A stretch of DNA of 64,000 nucleotides from Octopus bimaculoides (GCF_001194135.2 NC_068986.1:11194455-11258454), one strand, 5' to 3'; counted from the stretch's first letter, positions 27,102 through 40,083 are shown. The notes: generated by a model from the sequence alone, not told the origin. A program made the numbers and translations.

Positions 27102-27270
27102 TGATGAATGTGTCTATTGTATGTTTGCTGTGATCTCGTACATATGTCTGTTGTATATATTTGTATGTTGTGTATATTGTATATATGTTGTATATATATA
27201 TATATGTATACGTATATCTGTATATATCCATACACATGTGTGCGTGTATATATATATATAGGTGATCTAT

Positions 27271-27303
<33 letters not shown>

Positions 27304-27697
27304 CATACATATACACACATCATGATTTTGTCATTTGTATAATAATTTCAACCAAGCTTTGCCGGTGAATCCAGGGAGACGGACTTGGGACACAAGTTGC
27401 CATAACGTTTAGAAACATTGTACTGACAAATATATATAATCACCATGTTGATTATGATTATTATTATATTTTAATTACACTGGGAAATTGTTATATCCCA
27501 TAAAAACACGGCCAAGCCTAATGTTTATAATGTATTTTGAAATCCGGCAAAACACTGATCGTTGGTCTTTCAACTGCACCTAATTTTTCTCTTCATAAAT
27601 ACATACATATCTATCTATCTATCTATCCATCAATTTATCTATCCATCTATCTATCTATCTAACTAACTATCTATCTGTCTGTCTGTCTATATATCTG

Positions 27698-27762
<65 letters not shown>

Positions 27763-27770
27763 ATAATACA
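24385..27770. repeat. Low-complexity block: GA-rich purine tract, CT-rich tracts, (TCTA)n, (TA)n, (CA)n
   Basis: Purine tract 24385-24700; (TCTA)n at about 25225-25380, 25720-25820 and 27610-27765. Confidence 0.9.
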
Positions 27771-30700
27771 CACAACCACATACTTACATACAATCTTGTT
27801 TTTGTTATTTATATGTATTTTTTAGATATCAGGATCAGTTTTTAATTTCTGTTGGGAGAAAAAATTGAGGTCGAATTGTCATAACATTTAGCTTCGTCCT
27901 GGAATCGAAACCGGGTCGCGGTCTCGTTTCAGTTTAAATCCACTCGTATCAGTCTTGTAAATTTCGTTCCCTTGTTTTACATTTGAAGTCTTGTTACTTT
28001 TACTTTCACAGTAAAATCTATTTAGTAAACAGTAATAATAGTAATAATAATAATAATAATTTGTTTTATCACCGTCAGGGCGACTTTGGAAGGGACAATG
28101 CGAGGATAGGTTAGAAAAGTGTGTGTGTGGGGTCTTAAACAGGAATCGCATGAATGAAACCAGGAATGATAGAATGTACAGCATAGGAATGTAGTGTGAT
28201 AGCGGCCCTTGAGAAAAAGACCACCTAGGGTTAAATAGCAAACTCTGCAGATCTAGGATTTACCCGATCGATGATGAGTACCTTCCTTTCACAGGAGACA
28301 ATCCTAGTGGCCTGAAGCTAATTTTGTGGAGATGGCCACCACTGGGTAACGGAACCAGAACTATTGAAGTGTTAAATGACTTCGAAGTCTGAGACAGGCG
28401 GCATATACAGGAAACAATTATTCCAACAAGAATACACACACATCCGTGTGTATGTATGGGTATATATAAATATATATATATATATTATATATAGCGTGGG
28501 TATGTATTCTACACCTCCGCCCTTTATAATTTGTAAATAGAAAATTCTGATAAATTAATATGGTGGATATTAGAATAGATATCCTCCAGATGTCATTAGA
28601 AAATACATTAATTAATAAGTTATAGACGTAGGGGGAAATATACACACAGACACACACACACACACACAAGCTTGTCCCGTCATCGTCAGTATGGAGAAAC
28701 CGTTTCACATTCCATGAACGTCGCCTTTTTCCCTTCCTGGAGAAACTTTTGTTTTTATATTTTTGTTCCTTACCAATTCTTCGTTCTGTCACTCTGTATT
28801 CAATATGTGTTCTACGGAGCGTGTGCACTAAAGTGTCACTTGTCAAAAAACACTATCTTTGTTTTCATCTGTAAAACCCAAGAAACCATTTATTAACTTC
28901 TAGGAACATCTTTCGTTGTAATTTGCTGCAAATTACCAATATCCTTCTCGCTTCTTTGATATCAAAATCTCCTTCCTGTTTTGTTTGAAAATTTCATTGT
29001 CGTTTGATCTGTCGACTAAATCCGTTCTTTAAATGTCAAAATTGTTGTTTATAAGATTATAGTCTTTTCCGAAATATTAACTCGATCGTCCAGAATTTAA
29101 TTTAATTAACTCTTCAGTTTATTAGTAATAAATGGAAAAAAAAACAAACAAACAAAATAAACAATATGCTAAGTATTAGAATATCGATTGTGGAATGTTT
29201 TAAATATAGGTGTGTTACTAACACATTTCAGGACATTTTAATGTTAAATTAACTCTTTTTCTGCCCCAAGTATTTTCATAAGTTTGTCCTAAACGTCTTT
29301 GCTTGCTTTCAGGCTTTTAGTTACTCCTTGTTTCATACGCTCTGAGTGATATAAAGCTTTCCTTTCCTAAGTCTCTAAGTTATTCTGGTGGTTAAAAATT
29401 GGGAATGAGTACTATACACGAGTGATGGAAACCAGGGTTCCTTGCACCAAATGAATTTGATTAGTTTTTAAATGTAAAATTCAATTCAGTATGTTCAATT
29501 TATATTTACTATAAAGGTCCTCATGTCATATGAAGTTTGCACATTCAGAAAGACTTCCTTGTGTAGCAATTTGTGTGTCTGTATTATGTATGCATAGTAT
29601 TTAATTAATTTATTTGGTCAAGAGTCTTGCTTTGCGACCTTGTGGTTTTAAGTAGAGTTCCACTGTGTAAGACTTTGAACAAGTGTCTCCCTCTCCTACA
29701 ACCCTGGGCTGGTCAATGCCTTCTGAGTAAATTCGGTGGACAGAAACTGTGTTGAAGCCCATTGAATATATGTGTGTGTGTGTTTGTGTTTATCTCCTCT
29801 CATTATTTGACAACTAGTGTTAGTTTGTTTACATCCCAGTAACTTAGTAGTTCGGCAAAATAGACCGATAAAATAAGCACTGGGCTTGATTCGTTTTACT
29901 AAAACCTTCAGGGCAGTGCCCCAGCATGGCCACAGTCCAATGGCTGAAACGAATAAAAGATAAAAGGTAGTCAATTGAGTTATCCCTCGACCTTGTTTGA
30001 TTCCTATTTTATAAACCACAAAGCAAATTCCATGTTTGTGGGATTTGAACCCTGATGTTCTGCCAACTGTACCACCCACTACCACACTGTTAATGTTCAT
30101 TTACGGTGCTCTAATACTTTACTAGTTGTTTACGAATCCAACAGAATAACTAGCAAGGTCAGTTTCGGCATCATTTTTTGAACTCAAGGCCAAAGGGATG
30201 TAACTAAATACCTAAAATCACTAGACTTTCTCTCACTCCTTCCCTCTCTTATAAAATATATTAGGCAGATTGTTCAAACAACTCTTGTAGAGTCGTTTTT
30301 CAATCTACACTTTATCATCATTGGTTTTTTCAAAAGATATTTATAGAAATTTTTATTTGGGATTTTATGCAGAGGCATTTTAGGCTTAGCTGTGTTTTTT
30401 CTAGTCAACTTGTCTCACTCACAAAAGGAATCAAGCTTATTTTTTGCCTCATGTTGCCACCAATAAATTAGTCTTCAAATATTTGGTCTTTTCTGATATA
30501 AGTTGCAAAAGAAAATGGCTGCCATCATCATCATAATGTCCACTTTTCCATGTTTGCACAAGTTGGATGGAATTTATTGAGGCAGATTTTCTATAAATGG
30601 ATGCTTTTCCTGTTGCCAACCTTTGCCTCATGGCCAAGCATGGTCTTTACAGAATATTGGCAATGGATGACACCACTTGTATGATGGCGACACTTGTTTA

Positions 30701-31379
30701 CAACTATCATATGCTGTCAAAATAAAGAGACATAAACATACACACACACACGTTATATGAAGGGCTTCTTTCATTTTCTTTTGACCAAATCCACTCTCAA
30801 GGCTTTGCTCAGCCTGGGGCTTATGTAAAAGACATTTTCCCCCAAGGTGCCACACAGCGGGACTGAACCCACAACCATATGGTTTGTAAGCAAACTTCTT
30901 ACTACACAGTCGCACCTGCATCTGCTTGATAGCAATATGATAACAAATAGCATTGGTCCTTGATAGAGTCCTATTTGTTTGAGGTTCAATATAAACTTAG
31001 GAAAGTAACTCATTGATACATTGGTGAATTATCACCATTATCATCTCTTCGTTTTTTGCCCCAAGGGTTGAACAAGTCTGCTCTGTAACATTCTCTACCT
31101 TTACAACTGATCCTTGTGAGGATGGCCATTTTGAGTTCTTACCTCACCCACTTCTTCCAATGGCTTCCTTGAAATGTTTTCCCTCAGCCATCAGTGTCTT
31201 GTACATTGGTAATTCTTTGCCCAACAAGTATCGACCAATTGTACAACGTTCACTCTAATTCAGTCATCATTTCTGCTTGCCCATCATTTGATTTCTTTTG
31301 CACTCGGCCATTTTCTCAACTCCTTCGTGTACAGATATAAACTGAGCAGAAACAGGAATAAAATAAAAATAACGAGAAT

Positions 31380-31615
31380 ATTAAAAATGAACTTGACTGC
31401 TCTCAAAAATTAAGTAAAAAAACAGGAAAAATAATCCAGAATCCTTGTCTGGTACCGGATCAATCCCAAAATCTAATCAGTTCATGCCAGTCATGAAGCC
31501 AAACATCTCTGAAAGTTTCATCCGAATCCGTCCAGCGATTCTTGAGATATTTTGTCCATGGACAAACAAACACAACTGAAAACAATGCCTCTGCCTTTGC
31601 TAAGGTGGAGGTAAT
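31380..31615 (-). mobile_element. Helentron-associated non-autonomous element (HINE/DINE-1-like), 5' part
   Basis: The minus strand starts ATTACCTCCACCTTAGCAAAGGCAGAGG (sub-terminal palindrome), followed by (GTTT)n. Confidence 0.6.
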
Positions 31616-32722
31616 CATCTCATAACTAGTGAAATTGATAGGTTATTAACTAAGGAATCGATCTACTCTGGTTCTGACATTCAGTTTTTGCTAGTCTGTA
31701 TCTGCTTGATTGTAAAATAGGTAACTTGTGAAGAATTCTTAACAACTGCAAGCAGCAGGTGTGGTTATGTGGTTAGGAAGCTTACTTGCTAGCCATTTGG
31801 TTTTGGGTTCTGACCCAAAGAAATAAAAATCTCCTGTCTGAATGTTAACGAGGGACATTAAATACAAAACCTAAACAATCAACGGTCCCTTGCAATTTTG
31901 TTTAGATTTGATTCTCATCAAAGTGATACTGAAGACCTAATCATTTAGTAAATTCGTTAGTCCATATGTTTTGTTAGCTTCTCCATACTGGCGGGAGTTG
32001 AATGAAGACTTGTCAAGGCAGTATATTCTGGCTGGATGCTCCTCCTGTCACAAATAGTGCAGAGTCACACAGTGTATTATTTATAAAGAGTGTTAACAGG
32101 TCATCACCATTTTGCACAGACAATGCCATGCAAAAATATTTGGAATGTAAATATTCATATACATACACACATATATTTGTTTTGTAGTTTCAGCTCAGAG
32201 ATGTTGCACTGCTATTTTGCTACACTGTTATTACTGAGAGCCTCCTCTAATAGGTGGCACTCTCATTTGCACCTCTTGCTGTGAGGTAGGTTCATCTGGG
32301 ACTCTCGACAGGAAGAGGTCCAGTTTTGATTTGAAAACACCAACATCAATTTGAGAACCTGTAGTAGAAGATGCTTGCCCAAGATACTATGCAATGGGAT
32401 AGAGCCTGAAACCATGTGGTTACAGGACAAACTTCATATCCACACAACCACAACTGCACTTATTTTAAATAAATTTTTGGTATATGGAAACTGTGTGGAA
32501 GTCTGTATGAGGAATGATTCCTGTTTTTGGGTGCTAGACTTGATTGACCCTTTGCCAGGATGAATACCACCCCCTGGTCCTTGGGTGCTTTTGGTAGTTT
32601 CTGTCCAATTTCAAGAATTTGGAACAGGTCTCTGGCCTCAGGACAACTGCTTAGCTTCCACCCAGATAACCCTAAACTTAAGCTACTTTGAAATTAATAC
32701 TATTTTGTCTTTTCATTTGTAG

Positions 32723-32879
32723 ATTCTTGCCTAAATTGATACGCAACTGTCTGAGAAGTTACCATTTAAGTAATTCAGTGCAAGGCTACAGTTTTGTTGT
32801 TTTCACAAAATCCTTCCTATATTAATGTTGTAGATGGACCAACTTGACTTCTGAGAGCAGTGTCTCTAGAATGTTCTTG
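32723..32879 (+). other. Candidate non-coding 5'-UTR exon of the zinc-finger gene
   Basis: Pyrimidine-rich acceptor TTTTCATTTGTAG ends at 32722; consensus donor TTG|GTAAGT at 32880. Contains only short uORFs and lies 1.3 kb upstream of the ZNF acceptor. Confidence 0.5.
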
Positions 32880-34258
32880 GTAAGTGTAAAAACAATAACT
32901 TGATCAAGTTTCATATTCCAGTCAGGTAGGTTTGAGACCAAAACATTTAACCTTCAATGAGTCAGTTTATTTAGGTGTGAATAGCTAACCCATAGTGAAA
33001 TAGTTCCTTGTAACCAGACTGATTGCTGTTTGATGGATTTTGAGCTTATAGTTTCAAGTTCAATTCCTTCTGTGTTTATAACTTGGAGAAGAACAGACTC
33101 TGTCATTAGACTTACCCTAGCTATACTGAATAATTAATCTCAGCATCACTTGTATACAATGACACACACACAGTTATAGAGTCTGCTGACATCACCACTG
33201 CTTCTAGAAGCAGTTTAGGATTTTGCATTTCTTGCTATTTTCTGTGGTTTGTGTTTAATTCATTTCTACCTCGATTATCAAAAGATATCTTTGTGGTCAC
33301 TATGATGTTAAGAAACTAGAACGCCATTCATCATTGAATGTCCGTGTTCCATGCAGGCATGGGTTGGATGGTTTGACAGGACCTGATGGGCCCAAGGACT
33401 GCGTCGTCATGCTCCAGTTGTTTGATTTTGGCAAACACTAGGTGCTTGTGCTAGTTTTGTGCCACAAGCACTAGTGAGGTCTCCATGTGCAGCTTGCAAG
33501 ACCACAGACCTTGAGAGAGGTCGTTTTATGCTAGGGTACAAGGAGTTAAAATTTGAGAGAAGGGGCCAGAACAGAACAAGTCTCTGGCTGTAGAGGAGGT
33601 ACATGATTATTCACATGTAAGAAGAGAGGGTGGTGGGGTTGTCCAAGGTGGACCTGGCAAAAGAAGGGCTTGAGGTGTTCTTCATACTGATATTGTTTGA
33701 GTGAACAGCCATCCACAGATCTCAGTTCTGTGTCAGTTTGCCATTTTTGGGTTCTGCTGATCTACTTGGGAATGACAGTGTTTCCAGCAATATGGTTTTT
33801 CAGAACTGTCTCTCCTTCCTATCATTAACTACAGGTTCCTTGGTTCAGTGACACCATTTCCAGACAAGTTAAATTGAGTCAGACGACATTTATTTAAGGC
33901 CTAGAGAAATTGAATAGGCATTGTTGTCAGAGATGGTAGCATTAACCAACCCAAGACCTCTGTAGCATTTCACTGAGGCTCAACACAAGGATTTAGTTAA
34001 AAAGAAAAAAAATCATAACATTTTGTTTGCTTTAATAAGTAAATGTTTTTGTTGTTTATTTTGCAAAACGTAATTTTGTTGTTTATTTCTCTCTCTCTCT
34101 CTCTATCTACATAGATTTGAAATTTTAAGTTTTTATTTTTCTCTTCATATGTGCAATACTTAATTTTTGAAACTAATTTATTTTGAAGGGAGAAAGAAGA
34201 CTGGCTGTGAAAAGAAGCAGCTGTATTCAAGTGTGTTGTGTTAGAAATCTTTGCACCG

Positions 34259-36073
34259 ATGCCAACTAAAAAGTCTCAGAAATCTAAAAAAAGGAAGAAA
34301 ACTCCTCATTGCAGAAATGAGGCTGATTCCAGTGATGTAGGGGCCAAAATTGAGCATAATCAAGAGACTGAAGGTGCAATGAAAGAGTCTGACCAAAAAC
34401 TAGAGAAGACTATCAGATGTGATTTTTGTCATGAAGAGTTTAACCTGAAGAGTCAGTTGCGATCACATCACCTGCTTCATGTCAGTTGCAGACCTTACCG
34501 ATGCAATTACTGTTCAAAAGGGTTTCTTAAGTTAGGGGACCTGACTAAACATGAACGGTCTCATACAGGGGTTAAGCCTTTTAAGTGCACCTTCTGTGAC
34601 AAAGCATTTACAGAATCTGGGACTCTTACTGTGCACACACGCACTCATACCGGAGACAGGCCATTTAAATGTACATACTGCACAAAAGCTTTCATTCAGT
34701 CGAGTGACTTGAAGAAGCACACTCGTATTCATACAGGTGAGAAGCCGTACAAGTGCTGCTACTGTGATAGAGACTTCTCGGAGTCCAGTTCATTATCGCA
34801 TCATTCTAAATTACATTTAAATGAACCAGCATTTCAATGTATATACTGCAACCAAAAGTTTAAAACATTGACACAGCTTGATGCACACAGTCATATTCAC
34901 AGTGAAAATAAAATACACAAATGTGATTATTGTGACAAGTCCTTTGCTCATCTTGGTAACCTTGCGGTGCATACAAAGACTCACATAGAAAAAAAGCCGT
35001 TTACATGTGACTTCTGTCCTAAAACATTCTTTAGGACTGGGGATCTCCTAAAACACATCCGTACACATACAGGGGAGAAACCATTTGCATGTAGTTATTG
35101 TGATAGAAAGTTTACTGAATCTGGAACATTAAATGTACATTTACGCCGTCATACTGGTGAGAGGCCTTATGTGTGTCCTATCTGTACGAGGGCTTTTATT
35201 CAATCAAGTGATCTTAACAAGCACAAAAAGACACACAGAATTAATGACCAATATACACTCAACGAATATTTAGGTTTGCAACAGGTGCAAAATTCAATGC
35301 CAGTCAATGAGTCTTCTCATATTGGACACACTAAGATTATTTCAAGGACTTCTTTAACAGAAACCACAGGTTTGCCTCAGTTTAACGAGTCAGAGACTCA
35401 AATCTATTCGTGTAAGATGTGTGACGAGAAGTTCCCTACAGAAAACAATCTGTCTGCACATCTTATGTATCACCAAGAAGTTGCTTGCAACTCTGTTAAT
35501 TCTGATTACACTAAACCATATTCCTGTGAATACTGTGAGAAAACGTTTTCACAACTGTCTAATCTTGCTGTTCATACAAAGACCCATCTTGGAGGTAAAC
35601 CGTATAACTGTGATTTTTGTGATAAAGTCTATATGCGTCCCAGCGACTTGAACAAGCATATGAGATATCACACTGGCGATCGCCCCTATAAATGTGAGAT
35701 TTGCCAGAAAGCTTTTACTGAGTCTGGTTCATTGAAGATCCACCAGCGAAGCCATACTGGGGAAAGACCTTACAAATGTAGCCTGTGCCCCAAGGCATTT
35801 GTACAGTCGAGCGACTTGAAAAAACATATGAGAATTCATACAGGGGAAAAACCTTACAACTGCAAATTTTGCTTGAAGACATTTTCTGAATCTAGCTCTT
35901 TAACCGTCCATATGAGAAGTCATACGAAATACCGACCGTATAAGTGTAATGCGTGTGATAGAGCTTTTGTACAGTCTGGGGATTTAAAGAAACATCTAAG
36001 AACCCACAGTGAAGAAGCTACAAGCTATTGCGACGGATATAGGGCTGACACTTCTTTAAGCATGCCAGTTTAA
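34259..36073 (+). CDS. C2H2 (Kruppel-type) zinc-finger protein, 604 aa, 17 fingers, single coding exon
   Basis: Uninterrupted ORF; first ATG at 34259 (the track starts at an upstream GTG). Contains 17 C-x2-C-x12-H-x3-H motifs with TGEKPY-type linkers (fingers 1-10, ~55-aa spacer, fingers 11-17) and a basic N-terminal NLS-like KKSQKSKKRKK. Candidate splice acceptor TTTTGAAG at 34181-34188; AATAAA at 36152 and 36251. Confidence 0.95.
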   Translation: MPTKKSQKSKKRKKTPHCRNEADSSDVGAKIEHNQETEGAMKESDQKLEKTIRCDFCHEEFNLKSQLRSHHLLHVSCRPYRCNYCSKGFLKLGDLTKHERSHTGVKPFKCTFCDKAFTESGTLTVHTRTHTGDRPFKCTYCTKAFIQSSDLKKHTRIHTGEKPYKCCYCDRDFSESSSLSHHSKLHLNEPAFQCIYCNQKFKTLTQLDAHSHIHSENKIHKCDYCDKSFAHLGNLAVHTKTHIEKKPFTCDFCPKTFFRTGDLLKHIRTHTGEKPFACSYCDRKFTESGTLNVHLRRHTGERPYVCPICTRAFIQSSDLNKHKKTHRINDQYTLNEYLGLQQVQNSMPVNESSHIGHTKIISRTSLTETTGLPQFNESETQIYSCKMCDEKFPTENNLSAHLMYHQEVACNSVNSDYTKPYSCEYCEKTFSQLSNLAVHTKTHLGGKPYNCDFCDKVYMRPSDLNKHMRYHTGDRPYKCEICQKAFTESGSLKIHQRSHTGERPYKCSLCPKAFVQSSDLKKHMRIHTGEKPYNCKFCLKTFSESSSLTVHMRSHTKYRPYKCNACDRAFVQSGDLKKHLRTHSEEATSYCDGYRADTSLSMPV

Positions 36074-36948
36074 ATTAACTGACCCCAAAATGCTTGGATA
36101 ACATAAAAGAAAATCTCTTGCAGTGTTATTGTCAAGCAAATTAAATTTAAAAATAAAAAAAATAAGACTTCCATGGAAATGGAAAAAAAAAAAAAAAAAT
36201 TTTTTTTTTGGCACAGTATTTGGGATCCTACTCTCTTGAACAATAATTTCAATAAATAATCCATTTGCTAAAAGTCAAAGTCCCAAAGAAAAGAAAACCC
36301 TAAACCTTGACCTTTTTGCATGTCAAACTGTGATAGGACTTTTCTAATTCTGTTCTGATCAAAAAACAAAATGAAAACAGGACTATTTTCACCTCACTGT
36401 CTAATTATTCCACTTAAATAAAAAAACAAAATTATATTTATTTTGTTTAATTTATATTAATTTTAATTCTTTTGCTGGACAGCAACACTTACGTTTTTGT
36501 CCAGTTGAATAGTTGCCTGCCTTTTTTTTTAATAATTATTTAAAATAAAGTCGCAGTGAGTTGACCAAAAAATGGTAGAATCTTGAGATTTAATGTCTTA
36601 TTTTGTTTGCTCTTTCTTAAATACAGAGATACACCACAGCAGAAATTTGATTTAATGACAAAACAAACAAATGAAGAACTATTTGTACTTCATTTGGCTG
36701 CTATGAGGTACTTTGCTTTGTTGCTTTAATGTACAGGGTTACTATAACAACTTGGTCATGTGACAAAACTATTTTCTCCCTAATAGGCATGGCTTTGTGG
36801 TAAGAAGTTTGCTTCCCAACCACATGGTTCCAGGTTCAATCATACTGTGTGACACCTTGCGCAAGCGTCTTCTACTATAGCCTCAGGCCAACCAAAGCCC
36901 TGTAAATGGATTTAGTAGATGGAAACTGAAAGAAGCCCAGCATCTGTA

Positions 36949-36985
<37 letters not shown>

Positions 36986-38399
36986 TTATGTCTGTCTGTC
37001 CCCTACCACTACTTGACAACCAGTGTTGGTGCGTTTATGTTCCTGTAACTGAGTGGTTTGGCAAAAGGACCCAAAAGAACAAGTACCAGGCTTTAAAAAA
37101 ACAAGTACTGGGATTGATTGATCTGACTAAAAATTCTTCAAGGTGGTGCCCCAGCATGGCCACAGTCTAACTACTGAAACAAACAAAAGATAACACTTTT
37201 GTGCTGTGCTCCTTGGCAACACGTATTACTCTACTTTGCTCTAGTCTGCTAAGCTAACAAGAAAAACTTTCGTTATGGTTGAATATTTAATTATCAGCAT
37301 TAACCAGTTGTGTCAACAGTGTATGTGTTTGGGGTCGAATGGAGATCTAAAACTTGCTGCCAACAGGCAGGGGAATAGAAAAACTGACGAAAACCAAAAT
37401 TATATAAAAAAAAAGAAAAAAATTCATTCTTTACTTTTTATTTGATTCAGTTAGGAAATGGTGGCCATGCTGGAACAGTGCCTTGAAAAATTTTTAGTTG
37501 AATAAATTGACCCCAGTACTTGCTCTCTTTTTTTAAAGCCTGGTACTTACTCTATCAGTTTCTTTTGCTGAATCACTAAGTTACGGGGGAAATAAACACA
37601 ACACCAGTTGTCAAGTGGTGGTGGAGGACAAAGACACACACACACACATCTATATACATACAATGAGCTTCTTTCAGTTTCCATCTACCAGTTCCACTCA
37701 CAAGGTTTTTGTTGGCCCAAGGCTTGCCTAAGATGCCATGATGTGGGACTGAACCCAGAACTATGTGATTGGGAAGCAAGCTTTTTACCACACAGCCACA
37801 TTCTGTGCCTATTTTATATAGATATTTTTCAGTATTTAGGCATTTTCCTATATACTGGCAGTACCACATGAGCATTCCATGGTCCATTGTCAGCCATAAA
37901 ACATCTCTTTACTCATTAATAATATCATGTCATTTCTTTCAGAATTCTTTGATTAATCTCCAGGAAATCCTGTCTATTCTCTCCGGTCATGTTTTTTTTC
38001 TTCTAACCTGTTTTCTAATTCTGGCTTGTGTAATATATTCTTAGCATATTTTTGTCTTGATTAACAATTTTAATTCTCTCTCTCTATCGTACAGACACTT
38101 TCCCCTTTCAATAGCATGACAAATTATTTTTATACCACAGGAGTTTATCATTAATACTTTAATATGATAGAAAATGCTGTGAATTTAAAGCATAAAGCAC
38201 TAGTTATATAATCTTTCATTTTCACTTTTGATGAAAGACGTTTGGGCTAAATTTAACCATTTTTTTTTTAATGTCTCCTTATTTTTCAGGAACAGTCAAC
38301 AGCGTTGGAGAGCATTAAGATTAAAAAGCGTTAGTTGACATGGTAGACTGGAAGCCATCTAAGTATTGGAAAAGAGTTACTTGTATCATGATAATTCAT

Positions 38400-39045
38400 G
38401 CAGGGTGTCAAAATGCTGATATTATGGCTGTTGTTCAATGAAAGAAAAAAGTGAGGATTTGTGAACACTGCAAAGACTGTAAGACATGACATGGAAATTA
38501 TGAAGACCAAGTTTCCCCAGACTGTGATGGTCTTTGGGTGTGTCTCCAGTTAATGATGACATGCTACCCCAAGACTTGAACAGGGCCTTAGGCTCAGTTC
38601 AGATGGCTATGTGAAGCTGCTGCTGGAAGTCCGTATGTGTGGTAGCAGGATTTGGTTCCTTGCCATACTTCCAGAAAAAGTCAGAAGTGGTTATTGGAGA
38701 ATTTCTACAACTTCACCAGACCCAATTTCTGGCTGTCTAATTCCCCCCCCCCCTCCGATCGTAATCCCATGGATTACTATATGTGGGGTGCAGTTGAGAA
38801 AGACACTAATCGTTAAGCTGGTGGCCGAGATCAAGGAGGGGTTTGAAGATCTTCCCAGAGACACAATGACGAATGCATGCACTACATTCCAGAGCCATCT
38901 TGAGGCCATGGTGTCAGCTGTGGGCAGCTACTTTGAGTAAACCGTTCTCTTCCAGACATAATTTAGTTTTGTTATTCTTGGATGAGATATTGTGTTTTCT
39001 TTTGCTTATAATGCAAACTGCCAAATTTAGCCTGAATGCCCTGTA
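38400..39045 (+). mobile_element. Tc1/mariner (maT/DD37D-like) transposase C-terminal relic
   Basis: MKTKFPQTVMVFGCVSS...NPMDYYMWGAVEKD...NACTTFQSHLEAMVSAVGSYFE-stop, with frameshifts. Confidence 0.8.
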
Positions 39046-39209
39046 GATCTGTTACACCAGTCAGGTGCTGTGCTGTGGAAAATTCTAACCTGGAGGGAAT
39101 AAACACTAAAACTACCACAACTGTAAGTCATTAACAGTTTTATATCCTGGTGCTGATCAAACATTTCAATGTAACAAAGTAGAATGTATAATAAAAATTT
39201 CATTTAATG

Positions 39210-39215
39210 TTTATT
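39210..39215 (-). promoter_or_regulatory. Candidate THOC7 polyadenylation signal AATAAA
   Basis: TTTATT on the plus strand, 63 nt past the THOC7 stop codon. Confidence 0.5.
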
Positions 39216-39277
39216 TCAATATAAAAGCAGACATTAAAAAAAAAGACTTGAACAGGTAACAGGAAATCTTTAAAGAA

Positions 39278-39312
39278 TTAATTAGTCTCCATGTCTTCTT
39301 TCTTTTCATCAT
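39278..39312 (-). CDS. THOC7: THOC7 terminal coding exon (DDEKKEDMETN-stop)
   Basis: Acceptor TTTTTCTTTTTCAG; phase 1 completes the GAT codon. Acidic tail with an MET motif, as at the THOC7 C-terminus; TAA at 39280-39278. Confidence 0.85.
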
Positions 39313-39591
39313 CTGAAAAAGAAAAATTACATGTGTGTGTGTGTGTTAATTTTAAATTAAACAGTTGCCCTTTTTAATATAAATAATATCAAACACAGAT
39401 TTGAGATAGAAAAATAAACCTTCCTACAGTCAATACAATACAACAGTACATGAACATTCCTTCCTTCTTTCCTCTTCTGTGTATGTGTGTCTAAAGTTAT
39501 TGGAGAGCTGGCTGGCATAAGAGTAGGATAGATAAGAACTGAATTTGCTCAGACAGGTCAGATACTTAAAATCCAACCAAGACCTCAATTG

Positions 39592-40083
39592 ATGAAAACC
39601 AGAGAAAAGGAAGATTAGGTTTATTATAAGAGCAAGTGAAAACCTGGCAGTCTGCCTCACAGGGAAGATTTTAGGCAATGAGAAAAGGTCTTTGTAAAAC
39701 TTATGAAAATTACATCAGAGAAACGAATTAAGGGAAGAGCTTGTTGTGGTGTTATATAGCAACACAATCTACATGCTTACCTATTTACAATGGAGGGATG
39801 TCCACCACAAACCACTCTATAATCTGTCCTGATCCCCAGTTTGTAGTGGAACTCCCTACATAGCTTGGGTTGCTGTGAGTTGATATATTTATTACACCAT
39901 AACAAGCTCTTCCCATTAATTCACTTCTCTAAAGTAATTTTCATATAACAGCACAAGTTCTACAAGGACCTTTTCTCATTACCTAAAATTTTTATTACCA
40001 CTTACTGCTTCCCTGCAAGGCAGACCACCTTCTTTTCACCTGCCCTTATAATATGCCTAATCTTCCTCTCCTCTGGTTTTCAT
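39592..40083. repeat. Long imperfect inverted repeat (foldback), loop about 26 nt
   Basis: ATGAAAACCAGAG..GGAAGATTAGG..ATAAG..GTGAAAA pairs with TTTTCACC..CTTATAAT..CCTAATCTTCC..CTCTGGTTTTCAT. Pairing continues inward through AGAGCTTGTT/AACAAGCTCT to about 39812/39839. Confidence 0.85.

Noticed and set aside
27885-27935. tRNA-like 3' half on the minus strand (CCGGTTTCGATTCCAGG)
   Set aside because: There is no A box, D arm or acceptor stem upstream; at most it is a SINE/tRNA fragment. The SINE heads elsewhere also fail to form full cloverleaves, so no tRNA gene is called.
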